This document shows positions 8,779-18,205 of a stretch of 40,360 nucleotides of DNA, one piece after another. The stretch covers positions 1-40,360 of IMG/VR virus record IMGVR_UViG_3300020718_000023; one strand, 5' to 3'. The DNA comes from a virus (taxonomy: Duplodnaviria; Caudoviricetes). The notes beneath the pieces are model-generated. The model worked only from the letters and a program-made list of their open reading frames with translations, was not told the origin of the DNA and searched no databases. A program made the translations under genes and the position numbers. Positions within the stretch are counted from its first letter, which is position 1. Each line of letters starts with the position of its first letter.

Positions 8779-9960
8779 ATGGTCATGCCTAAGCACGCAG
8801 TACAGAAACCTTTCCTTAATCCCAACAACTACTGGGTCATCTCTCGCTACGCCGATTGTGTAGAAGTACTGCAAGAGAAGAACTCATCTAGAGACCACAT
8901 GACGTGGCTAGACCTAGACAATGCACCCAAGGGATGGAAAGACTCGTATCGCTACGCTGAGAAACTTGAAGTTGATGCTGGCGGTAAGGACCATCGCTCA
9001 ATGATGGTCTTCGACAACCCTAGGCATGACGAACTACGTTCATCCATCATTCACCTCTTCACTCAACCTAACGCTAAGCGTCTAGAGCGCATTGCCAAAG
9101 ACTTAGCCCATGAGTTAGTTGTAAAGAATTTGGACAACCCAAACTTTGATGCTCTCAACGATTTGATTTCTGTTGTTGATGCCGAGAACCTGATGCAGTT
9201 TGTCAACCTACCGGAGATAACCGCTAACCGAGAGACAATCCTTAAGGCTGGGTCGTACATCTTTCATCACCAGATGAGAGAAGACTTTATTGTTCCTTTT
9301 ACAAAAGAAGAAGTAGATGAGTACAACAAGTCAGTAGAGACGTACTTCAACATCTTTGCCCCGATGATTATGTCTCGTATAGAGAAACCTACTGACGACT
9401 ATCTCAGTAGATGGATTCATGAAGATGGTATGAGTTGGTTGGATGCTGGCAGAATGCTGGCTTTTCTTTCTACGGTGGCTAAAGAGTCAGTTGATGCCAG
9501 TCTGGTTAACATCCTCGCAGTGCTATCTGAGCACCCTGAGATTCAAGATGAGTTACGTAGGCGTGGAGAGGTATCACCATCTGCTTTGTCAGAGTTACAG
9601 CGTGTGGCTGGTACGAACTTGAAGTTGTCTGGAGTCCTTAAGAGGACCGTCACTATTGATGATGTTGTAATGGCTAAGGGTATGTACTTTGTATGTGAAG
9701 TATCTACGTCTAATTTTGACCCAGCGGCTTTTCCTAATCCTGATGTTATTGATTTAGATAGAAACGATGCGCCGGGTCTTATCTTCGGCTCTGGTCTTCA
9801 CCCATGCACTGGGCGAATGATTGCGAAGTTTGTAATGCGTGCAGTTTTGGAAGCAGTGATTAATAACACCTCGTCGTTTCAATTGAACGGTGACATTCAG
9901 ATGGTGCGTACGGGTATCTTGGACTACCCAGTAGCAGCACCGATGATTCTGCATTCATAA
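8779..9960 (+). CDS. cytochrome P450
   Basis: Heme motif FGSGLHPCTG, K-helix ExxR (ELQR), DNPRHDELR, FPNPDVIDLDR meander; 393 aa. Confidence 0.9.
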   Translation: MVMPKHAVQKPFLNPNNYWVISRYADCVEVLQEKNSSRDHMTWLDLDNAPKGWKDSYRYAEKLEVDAGGKDHRSMMVFDNPRHDELRSSIIHLFTQPNAKRLERIAKDLAHELVVKNLDNPNFDALNDLISVVDAENLMQFVNLPEITANRETILKAGSYIFHHQMREDFIVPFTKEEVDEYNKSVETYFNIFAPMIMSRIEKPTDDYLSRWIHEDGMSWLDAGRMLAFLSTVAKESVDASLVNILAVLSEHPEIQDELRRRGEVSPSALSELQRVAGTNLKLSGVLKRTVTIDDVVMAKGMYFVCEVSTSNFDPAAFPNPDVIDLDRNDAPGLIFGSGLHPCTGRMIAKFVMRAVLEAVINNTSSFQLNGDIQMVRTGILDYPVAAPMILHS

Positions 9961-10139
9961 CGGTTACTTCCTATACTGTGACCAAAGAGTCAAGTGATTA
10001 GTTTGCCAGTTGAAGAGTGGGGCCTGCGTACATAAGCGCAACAGCAGTAGTTATCTGTGTGTGACTTGTGTACAGCGGGCCGCTTTTCTCTCCCGTCAGG
10101 GAGGGGTCAAAAATAAAAAAATCTTTTTAAGGCTCTGCC

Positions 10140-10168
10140 TTGACTACTGTACACGGGTATGGTATCTT
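10140..10168 (+). promoter_or_regulatory. promoter for a probably leaderless transcript
   Basis: TTGACT-17-TATCTT, with ATG 7 nt downstream and no RBS. Confidence 0.55.
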
Positions 10169-10175
10169 TGTCTCT

Positions 10176-11243
10176 ATGCGTATTGTATTTGAAAAGACAG
10201 CGGACCTAAATCGTAAGTGGCAATTTGGCCAACTTACTTACACAAATGTTTCGGGGCGGACTTTTACCATCACCGGAAATTTTCGTGTTGAGAGAAACCG
10301 GAACTACAAATTTGTGACAGCCAGAGAGGTTGATGAAAACAAGTTCATTGTTTCCATTGATGGCGTTGAAAAATTTCTTTTGGGTGAGAACAAGAGGAAC
10401 ACCAAGCCACTTAAGGAAAATGTTGAATACGGTTCTTCTGAGTATCAGAAAAAAACCATCCCATGTGGTTGCCATGATGGATGCACAAAACGACGTAATC
10501 CAAAAACCATTGTTGAACACGGTACGTACGGGCGGGCACGCACGCACGGGTGCGTGTGCGAGGCTTGCATTTCTAGTTCTCTGAGAAAGAAACAAAAGTG
10601 TGAATGCAATCCAAACTGTAAACGTAATCGTGGCAAGCCAGTCAAGCACGGAACCATGTATGCCTATTCAGCAACAAAAGGCCATGGATGTAGATGCGAA
10701 CTATGCGTCAAATACATTTTGGAACTCAGGACAACTCGTTACTGGGCAAAGCAAGAAGAACTTGGTCGTGAAGTTAAGCCTGAAGAACTACGTGGAACCA
10801 AGATGTGCGATTGCCATGAGGGCTGCAAAAAGTATCGCTACATATCTGACACCAAACCATTGAAGCACGGGACAAAATTATTTAAAGAACACGGATGTCG
10901 TTGCGAGATTTGTTTAGCCTCTCAGGTTCCATGCGGTTGCAACCCTAACTGCACCGTTAAAAGAACCTACAGACCAGTTGTGCACGGAACCCGTCACCTA
11001 TATCAGAATCACGGTTGTCGATGTGATTTGTGCGTTGCGTCAAATAGAGATGCTCAGCGTAAACGTGCACAGAGAATGTCAACTCTTTCATATGATGACC
11101 TACCTAAAAACCTTGAGCACGGAACTCAAAATGCTTATGGAAACTGGGCGTGTCGATGCGATTTGTGTAAAGCAAAAAATTCAGAAACAGTAAAGTCTTA
11201 CCAACAAAAAAAGAGAGAGCAAAATGGGAAAGAAAATAGATGA
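10176..11243 (+). CDS. Cys/His tandem-repeat (putative multi Zn-finger) protein
   Basis: Four full CxCxxxC...HGT...HGCxCxxC units plus one half unit. Confidence 0.8.
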   Translation: MRIVFEKTADLNRKWQFGQLTYTNVSGRTFTITGNFRVERNRNYKFVTAREVDENKFIVSIDGVEKFLLGENKRNTKPLKENVEYGSSEYQKKTIPCGCHDGCTKRRNPKTIVEHGTYGRARTHGCVCEACISSSLRKKQKCECNPNCKRNRGKPVKHGTMYAYSATKGHGCRCELCVKYILELRTTRYWAKQEELGREVKPEELRGTKMCDCHEGCKKYRYISDTKPLKHGTKLFKEHGCRCEICLASQVPCGCNPNCTVKRTYRPVVHGTRHLYQNHGCRCDLCVASNRDAQRKRAQRMSTLSYDDLPKNLEHGTQNAYGNWACRCDLCKAKNSETVKSYQQKKREQNGKENR

Positions 11244-11376
11244 GGCGTTTTACCGCATCAAGGCGGAGTCAGAACACCACACAAGGTTGGCTCAAGCAAA
11301 GAACACTGATTATGAAAATGGGTTTGCCCAAGGTTTCTTTGAAGCGCTAATGATTCTTATGAAAATTAGGGGATGA
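11224..11376 (+). CDS. hypothetical protein, 50 aa (not in ORF track)
   Basis: Fills the gap; ATGA overlap with the next gene. Confidence 0.5.
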   Translation: MGKKIDEAFYRIKAESEHHTRLAQAKNTDYENGFAQGFFEALMILMKIRG

Positions 11377-11999
11377 GTTCCCAACACATAAAGTTTCTTC
11401 AGCAAGCGGCGACCGAAAATAAATTTTGGACAACGCTGCATCCTTGGGAAGAAGACTTGGCTTCATGGATAGGTGCTGGCCGTGATGGTCAGAACGTTAC
11501 AAAGCAAGATAGGCACTCTTACAAAGCAGAGCAGTTAATGAGTGACAACGTGCTTGCCAACATCCACGCCGCAACAGCAGAGATAGGCGCTTGCCAAATT
11601 CTTGGGGCGTATTGTTACGCCGGGATTTGGGACGTACGAGACCACAGTAAGTTCAGCGGTCTTCCCGACGGTAAGTGGAGCGAGATTGAATTGGAAATTA
11701 AGTGGCGTCGAAGCAGTTATTCCATGCCTGTCGATAAAAAGGATGCTGAATTAAATCGAATGGTTCTTTGGGTAGAGAGCAAACTTGCCGTTCGCTATAA
11801 CTGCACTTGCAACTACTGCGAAGGCAAAGTGCGAAATACAGCAACAACAGTTCGTATTCTTGGCGGCGGTTTTGCCGGGGACCTTTGGTTATTGGGCACG
11901 CCTTACAACAACGACCCTAAACGTATGGCGGTTTCAGCGGAGTCATTGACGCCTATTTTGGAAATAGTTAATCGCTGGGGGACTAGGACTCGAACCTAG
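11373..11999 (+). CDS. hypothetical protein, possible PD-(D/E)xK nuclease fold
   Basis: AEIGACQILG...LPDG...ELEIKW pattern resembles E..PD..ExK. Confidence 0.55.
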   Translation: MSSQHIKFLQQAATENKFWTTLHPWEEDLASWIGAGRDGQNVTKQDRHSYKAEQLMSDNVLANIHAATAEIGACQILGAYCYAGIWDVRDHSKFSGLPDGKWSEIELEIKWRRSSYSMPVDKKDAELNRMVLWVESKLAVRYNCTCNYCEGKVRNTATTVRILGGGFAGDLWLLGTPYNNDPKRMAVSAESLTPILEIVNRWGTRTRT

Positions 12000-12045
12000 A
12001 ATAGAAGATTCAAAGTCTCCTGTGTTGCCATTACACCATCCCCCA
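11975..12045 (-). tRNA. tRNA-Gln(TTG), CCA not encoded
   Basis: Acceptor TGGGGGA/TCCCCCA, D arm GGTGTAATGGCAACAC, anticodon loop CT-TTG-AA, T loop GGTTCGAGTCC. Confidence 0.93.
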
Positions 12046-12094
12046 TTGGGACATAGGAAACATAGCATTTTATGGGTTCTGGCGCAATTTTTTT

Positions 12095-12129
12095 AATGAC
12101 TTGCAATTGTCACTACACCCCTGTATAGT
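12095..12129 (+). promoter_or_regulatory. conserved phage early promoter, copy 1
   Basis: aatgacTTGCAA-ttgtcactacacccctg-TATAGT; near-identical copy at 22004. Confidence 0.75.
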
Positions 12130-12160
12130 TGTTTATGTGGAAATACTCAAGGGAGATGAG

Positions 12161-12337
12161 ATGACCAAGACAGAAAAGTTGAACGAGGCTATTGAGGGGC
12201 TCGTGAAGTGCGACATCTGTGGATGCAAGTACTGGGAGAACCTAGTGTGCATCGACTGTGGCCGCATGATTGAAAACGTAATCATGGTTGACGCTGAAGC
12301 ACGCAAGTTGGTTCACGCAGTTCTGAGTGGGAACTAA
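12161..12337 (+). CDS. small Zn-ribbon protein
   Basis: AAGGGAG RBS; CDICGC...CIDC. Confidence 0.65.
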   Translation: MTKTEKLNEAIEGLVKCDICGCKYWENLVCIDCGRMIENVIMVDAEARKLVHAVLSGN

Positions 12338-13074
12338 TGAACGACACTAAGACACTTCACCAGTTCGCCGTCGAAGTCGACACCGAGATTGTTCGTATCT
12401 ATGACGAACTTTGGAAGTTGCACAACTTTGCAGACATCTGTTTTGAACGAATCCGATACGCCGTACCTACTCGCATAGAGCGTGGCGATGGATGGCGCTC
12501 ACCAATTGAGTACTTCATCGTAACCAAGGACGGCAAAGACACTCCTTACGAACTTGAAACCGTTCGCACATTTCTTGCAGAAGGTAAGTTCGATGCTCGT
12601 TGGGGCGAAGACGTAAAGATTAAAGATGCGCTTGACAAGTACGACGCCCTAGTTGTTGAATGCAAGGCAAGGTATGCAGAACTAAGAGAGTGGACAGACA
12701 AGTACACCGGCTGGAGCCGTTTCTACCTCGTCAGCGGTGGACACATCCACGCATCAATGGACTGCTCAACTTGCAACAACGGAAAGAGCGCCACTAACTT
12801 CATTTGGTTGCCACAACTAAGTGGACTTACCGAAGCCGATGCGGTTGCTTCAGAGGGTGCGTTTCTTTGCACGGTCTGCTTCCCATCAGCACCAGTTGAA
12901 TTTACAAACGGTCACGACCTAGCCGAGCAGGCAAGGTTGTCTAAGCGTTGCGAAGGCTCAGGTGTGTACGCACACGATGGCAACCACCGTTGCAAAGTCT
13001 GTAATGAATGGGTTTCCATTCTCAGAAGCGGGCGCTACCGTGCCCACAACAAACCAGAAAACAAGGGAGAGTAA
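12337..13074 (+). CDS. hypothetical protein with Zn-binding motifs
   Basis: HIHASMDCSTC, LCTVCFPSAP, C-terminal CEGSG...CKVC...H. Confidence 0.8.
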   Translation: MNDTKTLHQFAVEVDTEIVRIYDELWKLHNFADICFERIRYAVPTRIERGDGWRSPIEYFIVTKDGKDTPYELETVRTFLAEGKFDARWGEDVKIKDALDKYDALVVECKARYAELREWTDKYTGWSRFYLVSGGHIHASMDCSTCNNGKSATNFIWLPQLSGLTEADAVASEGAFLCTVCFPSAPVEFTNGHDLAEQARLSKRCEGSGVYAHDGNHRCKVCNEWVSILRSGRYRAHNKPENKGE

Positions 13075-13076
13075 TT

Positions 13077-13424
13077 ATGAAAGTTGAGAGCACACAGTTG
13101 GGTGAGTACAAAGTATTCATCTCACGAGCAGGAAACAAGTACAGCATTGAGGTTCAGAACCTTGGTGCAAACAAGGATGAGTTCAGGACAGAAAGCCGTC
13201 TTGATTTCTCCGATGTATCAGAGACCATCGGTTGGATTATCAAGTGTGACTTTTGGGACCGTGACAATGACTACGATGAGCGCATTGAGGCCCAGCAGCG
13301 CATTGACAACCCGGAATGGTTTGAGGACGAGGATGAACTCGCTCCAGTTGTCACACCCAAGCAGCAGGTAATTACCGACGCACTACTAAACACGGTATTT
13401 GGCGATTATCAGGAGGTGAAGTGA
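13077..13424 (+). CDS. hypothetical protein
   Basis: AAGGGAG RBS before ATG 13077. Confidence 0.7.
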   Translation: MKVESTQLGEYKVFISRAGNKYSIEVQNLGANKDEFRTESRLDFSDVSETIGWIIKCDFWDRDNDYDERIEAQQRIDNPEWFEDEDELAPVVTPKQQVITDALLNTVFGDYQEVK

Positions 13425-13663
13425 TGACGCAGACAATTGCTAAGGCCACGTTTCGTCACAATGTCGTATCTCAGGAGCGAACTGTAGAACTTCAGTATGA
13501 TTCGGCCGCCGGTATTAGGCCGTACATCTTGTACGCCATCAGCCCTGAGCATCGAACACAAATTTCAACTTGGTCAGATGAAGAGATTGCTAAGCGTGCT
13601 TTCTTTGAAACCTTTGACCACTACACGGATAACAACTATTCAATCGTAAAGGACGAAGCATGA
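13421..13663 (+). CDS. hypothetical protein
   Basis: AGGAGG RBS; coupled on both sides. Confidence 0.7.
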   Translation: MMTQTIAKATFRHNVVSQERTVELQYDSAAGIRPYILYAISPEHRTQISTWSDEEIAKRAFFETFDHYTDNNYSIVKDEA

Positions 13664-14118
13664 TTAATTACATCATTGGAGATGCAACAGAACCAATCAC
13701 CAAGGGGCCTAACGTCATTATGCACATCAACAACAACGTTGGTGCATGGGGTGGGGGATTTGTTTTAGCAGTTAGCGATAAGTGGCCAGAGCCGGAGCGC
13801 CAGTACAGGGAACTCTACGATGTCGGTTACGAACTTGGAGATGTTCAACTTGTTTCAGTTGCAGAAGATACGTATGTAGCCAACATGGTTGCACAAGATG
13901 AATTCCCAACTAACACCAAGCCTGTTGCGGTTGACTACATTGCCCTGAGAGACTGCTTAATGAACCTTGCGGCCACTGTTCCCACAAACAGCACCTTCCA
14001 TGCCCCAAGAATTGGATGCGGCATTGGTGGCGGCTCGTGGGATGAGGTTGAACCAATCATTGAAGAAGAGTTACAAGGCTTTGATGTTTACATTTATGAC
14101 TTACAGGAAAGGGTATAA
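13660..14118 (+). CDS. macrodomain protein (ADP-ribose hydrolase, TARG1/DarG/Poa1-like class)
   Basis: GDAT, HINNNVGAWGGGF, VANMVAQ, APRIGCGIGGGSW. Confidence 0.88.
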   Translation: MINYIIGDATEPITKGPNVIMHINNNVGAWGGGFVLAVSDKWPEPERQYRELYDVGYELGDVQLVSVAEDTYVANMVAQDEFPTNTKPVAVDYIALRDCLMNLAATVPTNSTFHAPRIGCGIGGGSWDEVEPIIEEELQGFDVYIYDLQERV

Positions 14119-14120
14119 CC

Positions 14121-14369
14121 GTGGAATACGATTTCATAACTGCTTACGACTTAACCAAGAACCCTGAGTACGGTGGCTATTACGTCTTCATTGGCCCCGG
14201 AGAGAACATTACGGGCACGCAAGAGTTAATCACCACCCAAGCCATGGTCGAAGCGTATGCGCTCAAAAAAGGCATCATGCAGATTGAATGGTGCGATGAG
14301 GATGAGTACGACGAACTGGTTAGTCGCTTTGAATCTGATTGGGCACGCTTTTTGGGGACCGGGCATTGA
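14121..14369 (+). CDS. hypothetical protein
   Basis: 82-aa ORF within the operon. Confidence 0.6.
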   Translation: MEYDFITAYDLTKNPEYGGYYVFIGPGENITGTQELITTQAMVEAYALKKGIMQIEWCDEDEYDELVSRFESDWARFLGTGH

Positions 14370-15250
14370 AGTCAGCACCCAATAGTGTTCCCTCTAAATC
14401 TGGAAAAATTAAATTAGGCAATAAGAGGGTCACTGGAAAAGAGCAGTTCTACACGCCACCTGAAATTGCTTTGGGAATCATGCGGGATGTTTTGCTTTTT
14501 GTTTCTGACGTTAAGAACAAAACATTTTTAGAGCCAGCAGGCGGTACTGGCGCTTTTGTAGAACCTGCTCTTTCTATGGGATTTAAAAAAATTATTAGTT
14601 ACGACATTGAACCCCATCACAAACTTGTTACAAAAGGAGATTTTCTTACGCAAGACATCACGGAGGACGACTGCGTGACGGTCAGCAATGTTCCTTTTGG
14701 CAGAAACAACTCTTTGTCAATTCCATTCTTTAATAAGTCTGCAAACCATTCCGACCTTATTGTTTTTATAGTCCCTAGGTCGTGGAGGAAGTGGTCAGTC
14801 CAAAACAGGCTTGACCAAAGATTTCATCTGGTGAAGGATGAAGATTTGAGCATTGACTACGTTGACGTTAATGGGGACTTGATTACAGAAAAAAACAATC
14901 TTCGCACCTGTGTGCAGTTTTGGAAAAAATCAGACAAGTTGCGAGAACTTATTTATGTTGAAGACATGGGGATAATTGAAAGATGTTCTTTTCAAGATGC
15001 AGACGCATCACTAACATTGTTTGGCTACGGGTGTGGAACGGTTAAGACTGAATTCCAAAGAAAGCCAAATACAACCCAAATGTTTTTAAAGTTAAAACAC
15101 CCCCGTGCATTGGAGGCTTTACGCTCTATTGACTTTTCTAGGTTCTTTATGAACACTGCTTATACCGAGGCGCTATCCATTCAAGAGATTAATTATCTTC
15201 TAAATGAGTATTTGTTTGGAAAGCCCATGACGAAAGGCTTTAAGAAATGA
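14366..15250 (+). CDS. DNA amino (N6-adenine type) methyltransferase
   Basis: QFYTP, motif I LEPAGGTGAF, motif IV NVPFG; TTG start overlaps the upstream stop. Confidence 0.8.
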   Translation: MKSAPNSVPSKSGKIKLGNKRVTGKEQFYTPPEIALGIMRDVLLFVSDVKNKTFLEPAGGTGAFVEPALSMGFKKIISYDIEPHHKLVTKGDFLTQDITEDDCVTVSNVPFGRNNSLSIPFFNKSANHSDLIVFIVPRSWRKWSVQNRLDQRFHLVKDEDLSIDYVDVNGDLITEKNNLRTCVQFWKKSDKLRELIYVEDMGIIERCSFQDADASLTLFGYGCGTVKTEFQRKPNTTQMFLKLKHPRALEALRSIDFSRFFMNTAYTEALSIQEINYLLNEYLFGKPMTKGFKK

Positions 15251-15440
15251 AAACTTGCCAAGGCACTGGGGTAAATAGCCGCCGGTTTGGAAACGCCGGT
15301 TTCTATACCACCGTCTAGGCGAAAAAAATTCAAAAATTTTTCTTGCTCCGCAGGGTGTATCTGTGGGCGGGGATTTTGTGTATTGGTTTGTTTTAGAGCC
15401 ACGATTTTGTTACTGTTTATTTTAAGAAAGAAGGTTCAGC

Positions 15441-15638
15441 ATGAAAACATTTTTTAAATACTTAGGGGCATCGATTGCTTTTCTGCTTATGCTTGGCGGA
15501 ATAATTGCAGTTTGTTTTGCACCGGCTATCACCTATGTTCTTTGGGGTTGGAAAGATGCCATTGGAGTATTTTTCTGGACGACCGGCTTAGGAGCCTTTG
15601 TATCAGTAATGACGGCGATGACTAGGAAAAGCAATTGA
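15441..15638 (+). CDS. small membrane protein (2 TM)
   Basis: Hydrophobic 65-aa ORF with GAAGG RBS. Confidence 0.65.
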   Translation: MKTFFKYLGASIAFLLMLGGIIAVCFAPAITYVLWGWKDAIGVFFWTTGLGAFVSVMTAMTRKSN

Positions 15639-15805
15639 CACCGATTATTTTGCAGAAGCGTGACAGCGCAGTAATTATTGAGGAAGATAAGGGTAATTAT
15701 TCTATTTACCTGCAAACCTCTAAAGAGCGGTTTCTTATTGGTTTTGACAGTGATGAAGATGAAGCGATACGTCGTGGTCAGCAGATAATGGACAACATCG
15801 ACTAG
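15635..15805 (+). CDS. hypothetical protein, 56 aa (not in ORF track)
   Basis: TTGA overlap with the upstream stop; fills the gap. Confidence 0.5.
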   Translation: MTPIILQKRDSAVIIEEDKGNYSIYLQTSKERFLIGFDSDEDEAIRRGQQIMDNID

Positions 15806-15855
15806 CAATGTCACACCCTGCTGCAACTATGTAAGTACCAATTAAAGGAGAGAAA

Positions 15856-16428
15856 ATGATTGTTTGGATTGACACAGAAACAACGGGCGTTAACTACAAG
15901 AAGGATGTACTTCTAGAGGTGGCCGTTGTAATCACCGACGACGAATTGAATGTAATTACGGGCATGAGCAGATTAATTGACGTGAAGCCACGTAAGTTGA
16001 AGAACCTAAATCCTTTTGTTCAAGATATGCACGAACGTTCTGGATTGTTAAAGGCTCTTGAAAATGAATCATTAACTGTTTCGTTGAAGAACGCAGAGGA
16101 AGACTTTATTAAGTTTCTCAAGAACAACGCCGTTCCAGAGCGTGCGGTTATGGCGGGTAATTCAATTCACTTTGACCGAACATTTTTAGATAAGTTCATG
16201 CCTGAATTCTCAAAGTTGTTTGGTCACCAAAATCTTGACGTGACATCGATTGGCCATTGCGTAAAGCGCTGGCACCCTGCTGTTTATGATTTGATGAAGA
16301 GGAAGCGTGGAACTGTTGCGCATCGTGCACTTGACGATGTTCTAAGCAGCATCGACCAACTCAAGGCATACCGTCACTACTCTTTTAGCGCAGAGCCAAA
16401 TCTTTACTTAGAAGCGAGCGGGCATTAA
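15856..16428 (+). CDS. orn: oligoribonuclease (DEDDh 3'-5' exonuclease)
   Basis: IVWIDTETTG, MHERSGL, AGNSIHFDRTFL, LDVTSI, HRALDD. Confidence 0.92.
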   Translation: MIVWIDTETTGVNYKKDVLLEVAVVITDDELNVITGMSRLIDVKPRKLKNLNPFVQDMHERSGLLKALENESLTVSLKNAEEDFIKFLKNNAVPERAVMAGNSIHFDRTFLDKFMPEFSKLFGHQNLDVTSIGHCVKRWHPAVYDLMKRKRGTVAHRALDDVLSSIDQLKAYRHYSFSAEPNLYLEASGH

Positions 16429-16745
16429 TGCCAAATCCTTTGGATGGCGTTAATTGGGAATCTGTTGGCAGAACTGTCGACAGCATTGCCGATAGCCTTG
16501 ACAGATTCATGATGGGTTTGTCGGTCGCCGAGCAAGGTGTTATTTACACTGAATGTCTGGACATTGTTATCGGGGCTTATTCAAAAATGCTTCAATTAGA
16601 GCCTGAAATAGCAGACATCGTAAAACTAGACTTAAGAAATAACTCATTACTTCAGGCACTAGAAAACATGGGTTTCAATTGGAAACCTGCTACTGTCGAA
16701 GTCACTATTGAAAGCGAAATGGAGGTACATGATGGCGATATTTAA
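16428..16745 (+). CDS. hypothetical protein
   Basis: TAATG coupling to orn. Confidence 0.7.
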   Translation: MPNPLDGVNWESVGRTVDSIADSLDRFMMGLSVAEQGVIYTECLDIVIGAYSKMLQLEPEIADIVKLDLRNNSLLQALENMGFNWKPATVEVTIESEMEVHDGDI

Positions 16746-17259
16746 GCGTAATAAGCACGTAACTGTTGAGGGCACTTTTTCTACCACGCCGGAATTGGAA
16801 AACTCCATAGAGCAAGAATTTGATTTTTCTGGAGAGAATCAAATTCTGGTCGAGGTTTGCAAGAACTTAAAGTCTGGTAGCAATCCAACAATTTCAGTGA
16901 TTTTAAGAAACCCTAATGGTCTTGAATTAAAGTCAAAGTTTTTAGGCGAAATTGAATTAGCCGGTGAGCCAGAAATTTTTGCAAAAGACATTGTTCGCAA
17001 AGTAGGTTGGCAAATCAGCAGTGAGTGGACAAGTTCAGAAGATTATGTTTGGGCGGAATTAATTCCATTGCCAGCAAACGTCGCTCTTGTTGGTGGCGAG
17101 AGAACAAGGGATGAAGCAATGGCCCTTGCAAAAAGTGCCGGTTTTTCTGTCACATATCTTTTAAATCAGGTCTACATAGAAGACGAGGGAAAGACTTACG
17201 CAGAGTTCATCGTCGATATGCCCCATGGTTGGGAATGGGACCAAAATGAATCCGTTTGA
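16732..17259 (+). CDS. hypothetical protein
   Basis: GGAGG RBS at 16721. Confidence 0.7.
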   Translation: MAIFKRNKHVTVEGTFSTTPELENSIEQEFDFSGENQILVEVCKNLKSGSNPTISVILRNPNGLELKSKFLGEIELAGEPEIFAKDIVRKVGWQISSEWTSSEDYVWAELIPLPANVALVGGERTRDEAMALAKSAGFSVTYLLNQVYIEDEGKTYAEFIVDMPHGWEWDQNESV

Positions 17260-17422
17260 TGAAAACCCAACACCTTGGAAAGCCGATTTTGATGAAACAG
17301 AAGGCATTTGGTGGATTGATGACGCAAATGGAAAAAGCATTCTTTACGCATCAGTTCTAGATACTTCAAAGGAAACAATCAATAAGGTTGTTCGCATTAT
17401 GAACGCATACGGAAAAGATTGA
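17246..17422 (+). CDS. hypothetical protein
   Basis: Overlaps the upstream stop; PTPW...I.DANG pattern is common in small phage proteins. Confidence 0.55.
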   Translation: MNPFDENPTPWKADFDETEGIWWIDDANGKSILYASVLDTSKETINKVVRIMNAYGKD

Positions 17423-17458
17423 TACACCGTCATTGATTAAGCGGTGTAAAGTTATCTT

Positions 17459-17818
17459 ATGAAATCACCGGAATATTCCTTCTTAGACAGACTGATGTTC
17501 CTGTTTGGTTTAAAAGACCTTGATGGTCAATACGAAATTGTTGGCATGGTTGAAGACAACGATGCCTTGGACAATGAAACGCAATTTGATGTTGCCATGG
17601 AAGAGGCTTTGGCGTCTTCTTTGGAAATGATTCTTCTGCAAAAGAATGTTTGGAACGAACTTATTTCTGAATTGGAAGAGGGCGGGCTAAATGTTGGAAT
17701 TGATGATGGCGCCAAGGAACAGTTCTCGCTTATACTTTCTCGCTTACGGGCTTCTATGACTGTCGTTGGAGAGTCAATTGGCATCCCTGAAGAAATTATG
17801 AAAGGAATTATCCAATGA
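17459..17818 (+). CDS. hypothetical protein
   Basis: 119-aa acidic ORF. Confidence 0.65.
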   Translation: MKSPEYSFLDRLMFLFGLKDLDGQYEIVGMVEDNDALDNETQFDVAMEEALASSLEMILLQKNVWNELISELEEGGLNVGIDDGAKEQFSLILSRLRASMTVVGESIGIPEEIMKGIIQ

Positions 17819-18090
17819 CGCAAAACGAAGATGCAATGGACAAGTCAATCGAAGAAATGGACGAAATTGAGGCTTTAACGGTCGCCCTTGAAGGAGTAAG
17901 GAAAATACACTCCATTGAGCGTGAGATGCTTTCTAGGGCCATTCAAGCCCTTTGTGCGGCAACTGAGAAGGAACCTGAGCACGTTGTTTTAATTCTTTCT
18001 GAAGGTCTAGACGAGGGCTACAGCAAAGCAATGCGTGAAGCCTACGAAGCAGCACGTGTCAAAGAACCAAAACTCTACGTCCCAAAATGA
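17815..18090 (+). CDS. hypothetical protein
   Basis: ATGA coupling; AAGGA RBS. Confidence 0.7.
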   Translation: MTQNEDAMDKSIEEMDEIEALTVALEGVRKIHSIEREMLSRAIQALCAATEKEPEHVVLILSEGLDEGYSKAMREAYEAARVKEPKLYVPK

Positions 18091-18205
18091 TTATTGCCGG
18101 TTTGGCATTTTTACAGAGTGCCAAAATTGCGGTGGGGAACTAACAGCCGAACACGCTCACTACCGCTGCACGGCGTGTGGGTGGCGTGACAGTTGCTGCG
18201 ATTAA
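18056..18205 (+). CDS. 49-aa Zn-ribbon protein (not in ORF track)
   Basis: CQNCGGELTAEHAHYRCTACGWRDSCCD; the GTG start is uncertain. Confidence 0.6.
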   Translation: MSKNQNSTSQNDYCRFGIFTECQNCGGELTAEHAHYRCTACGWRDSCCD

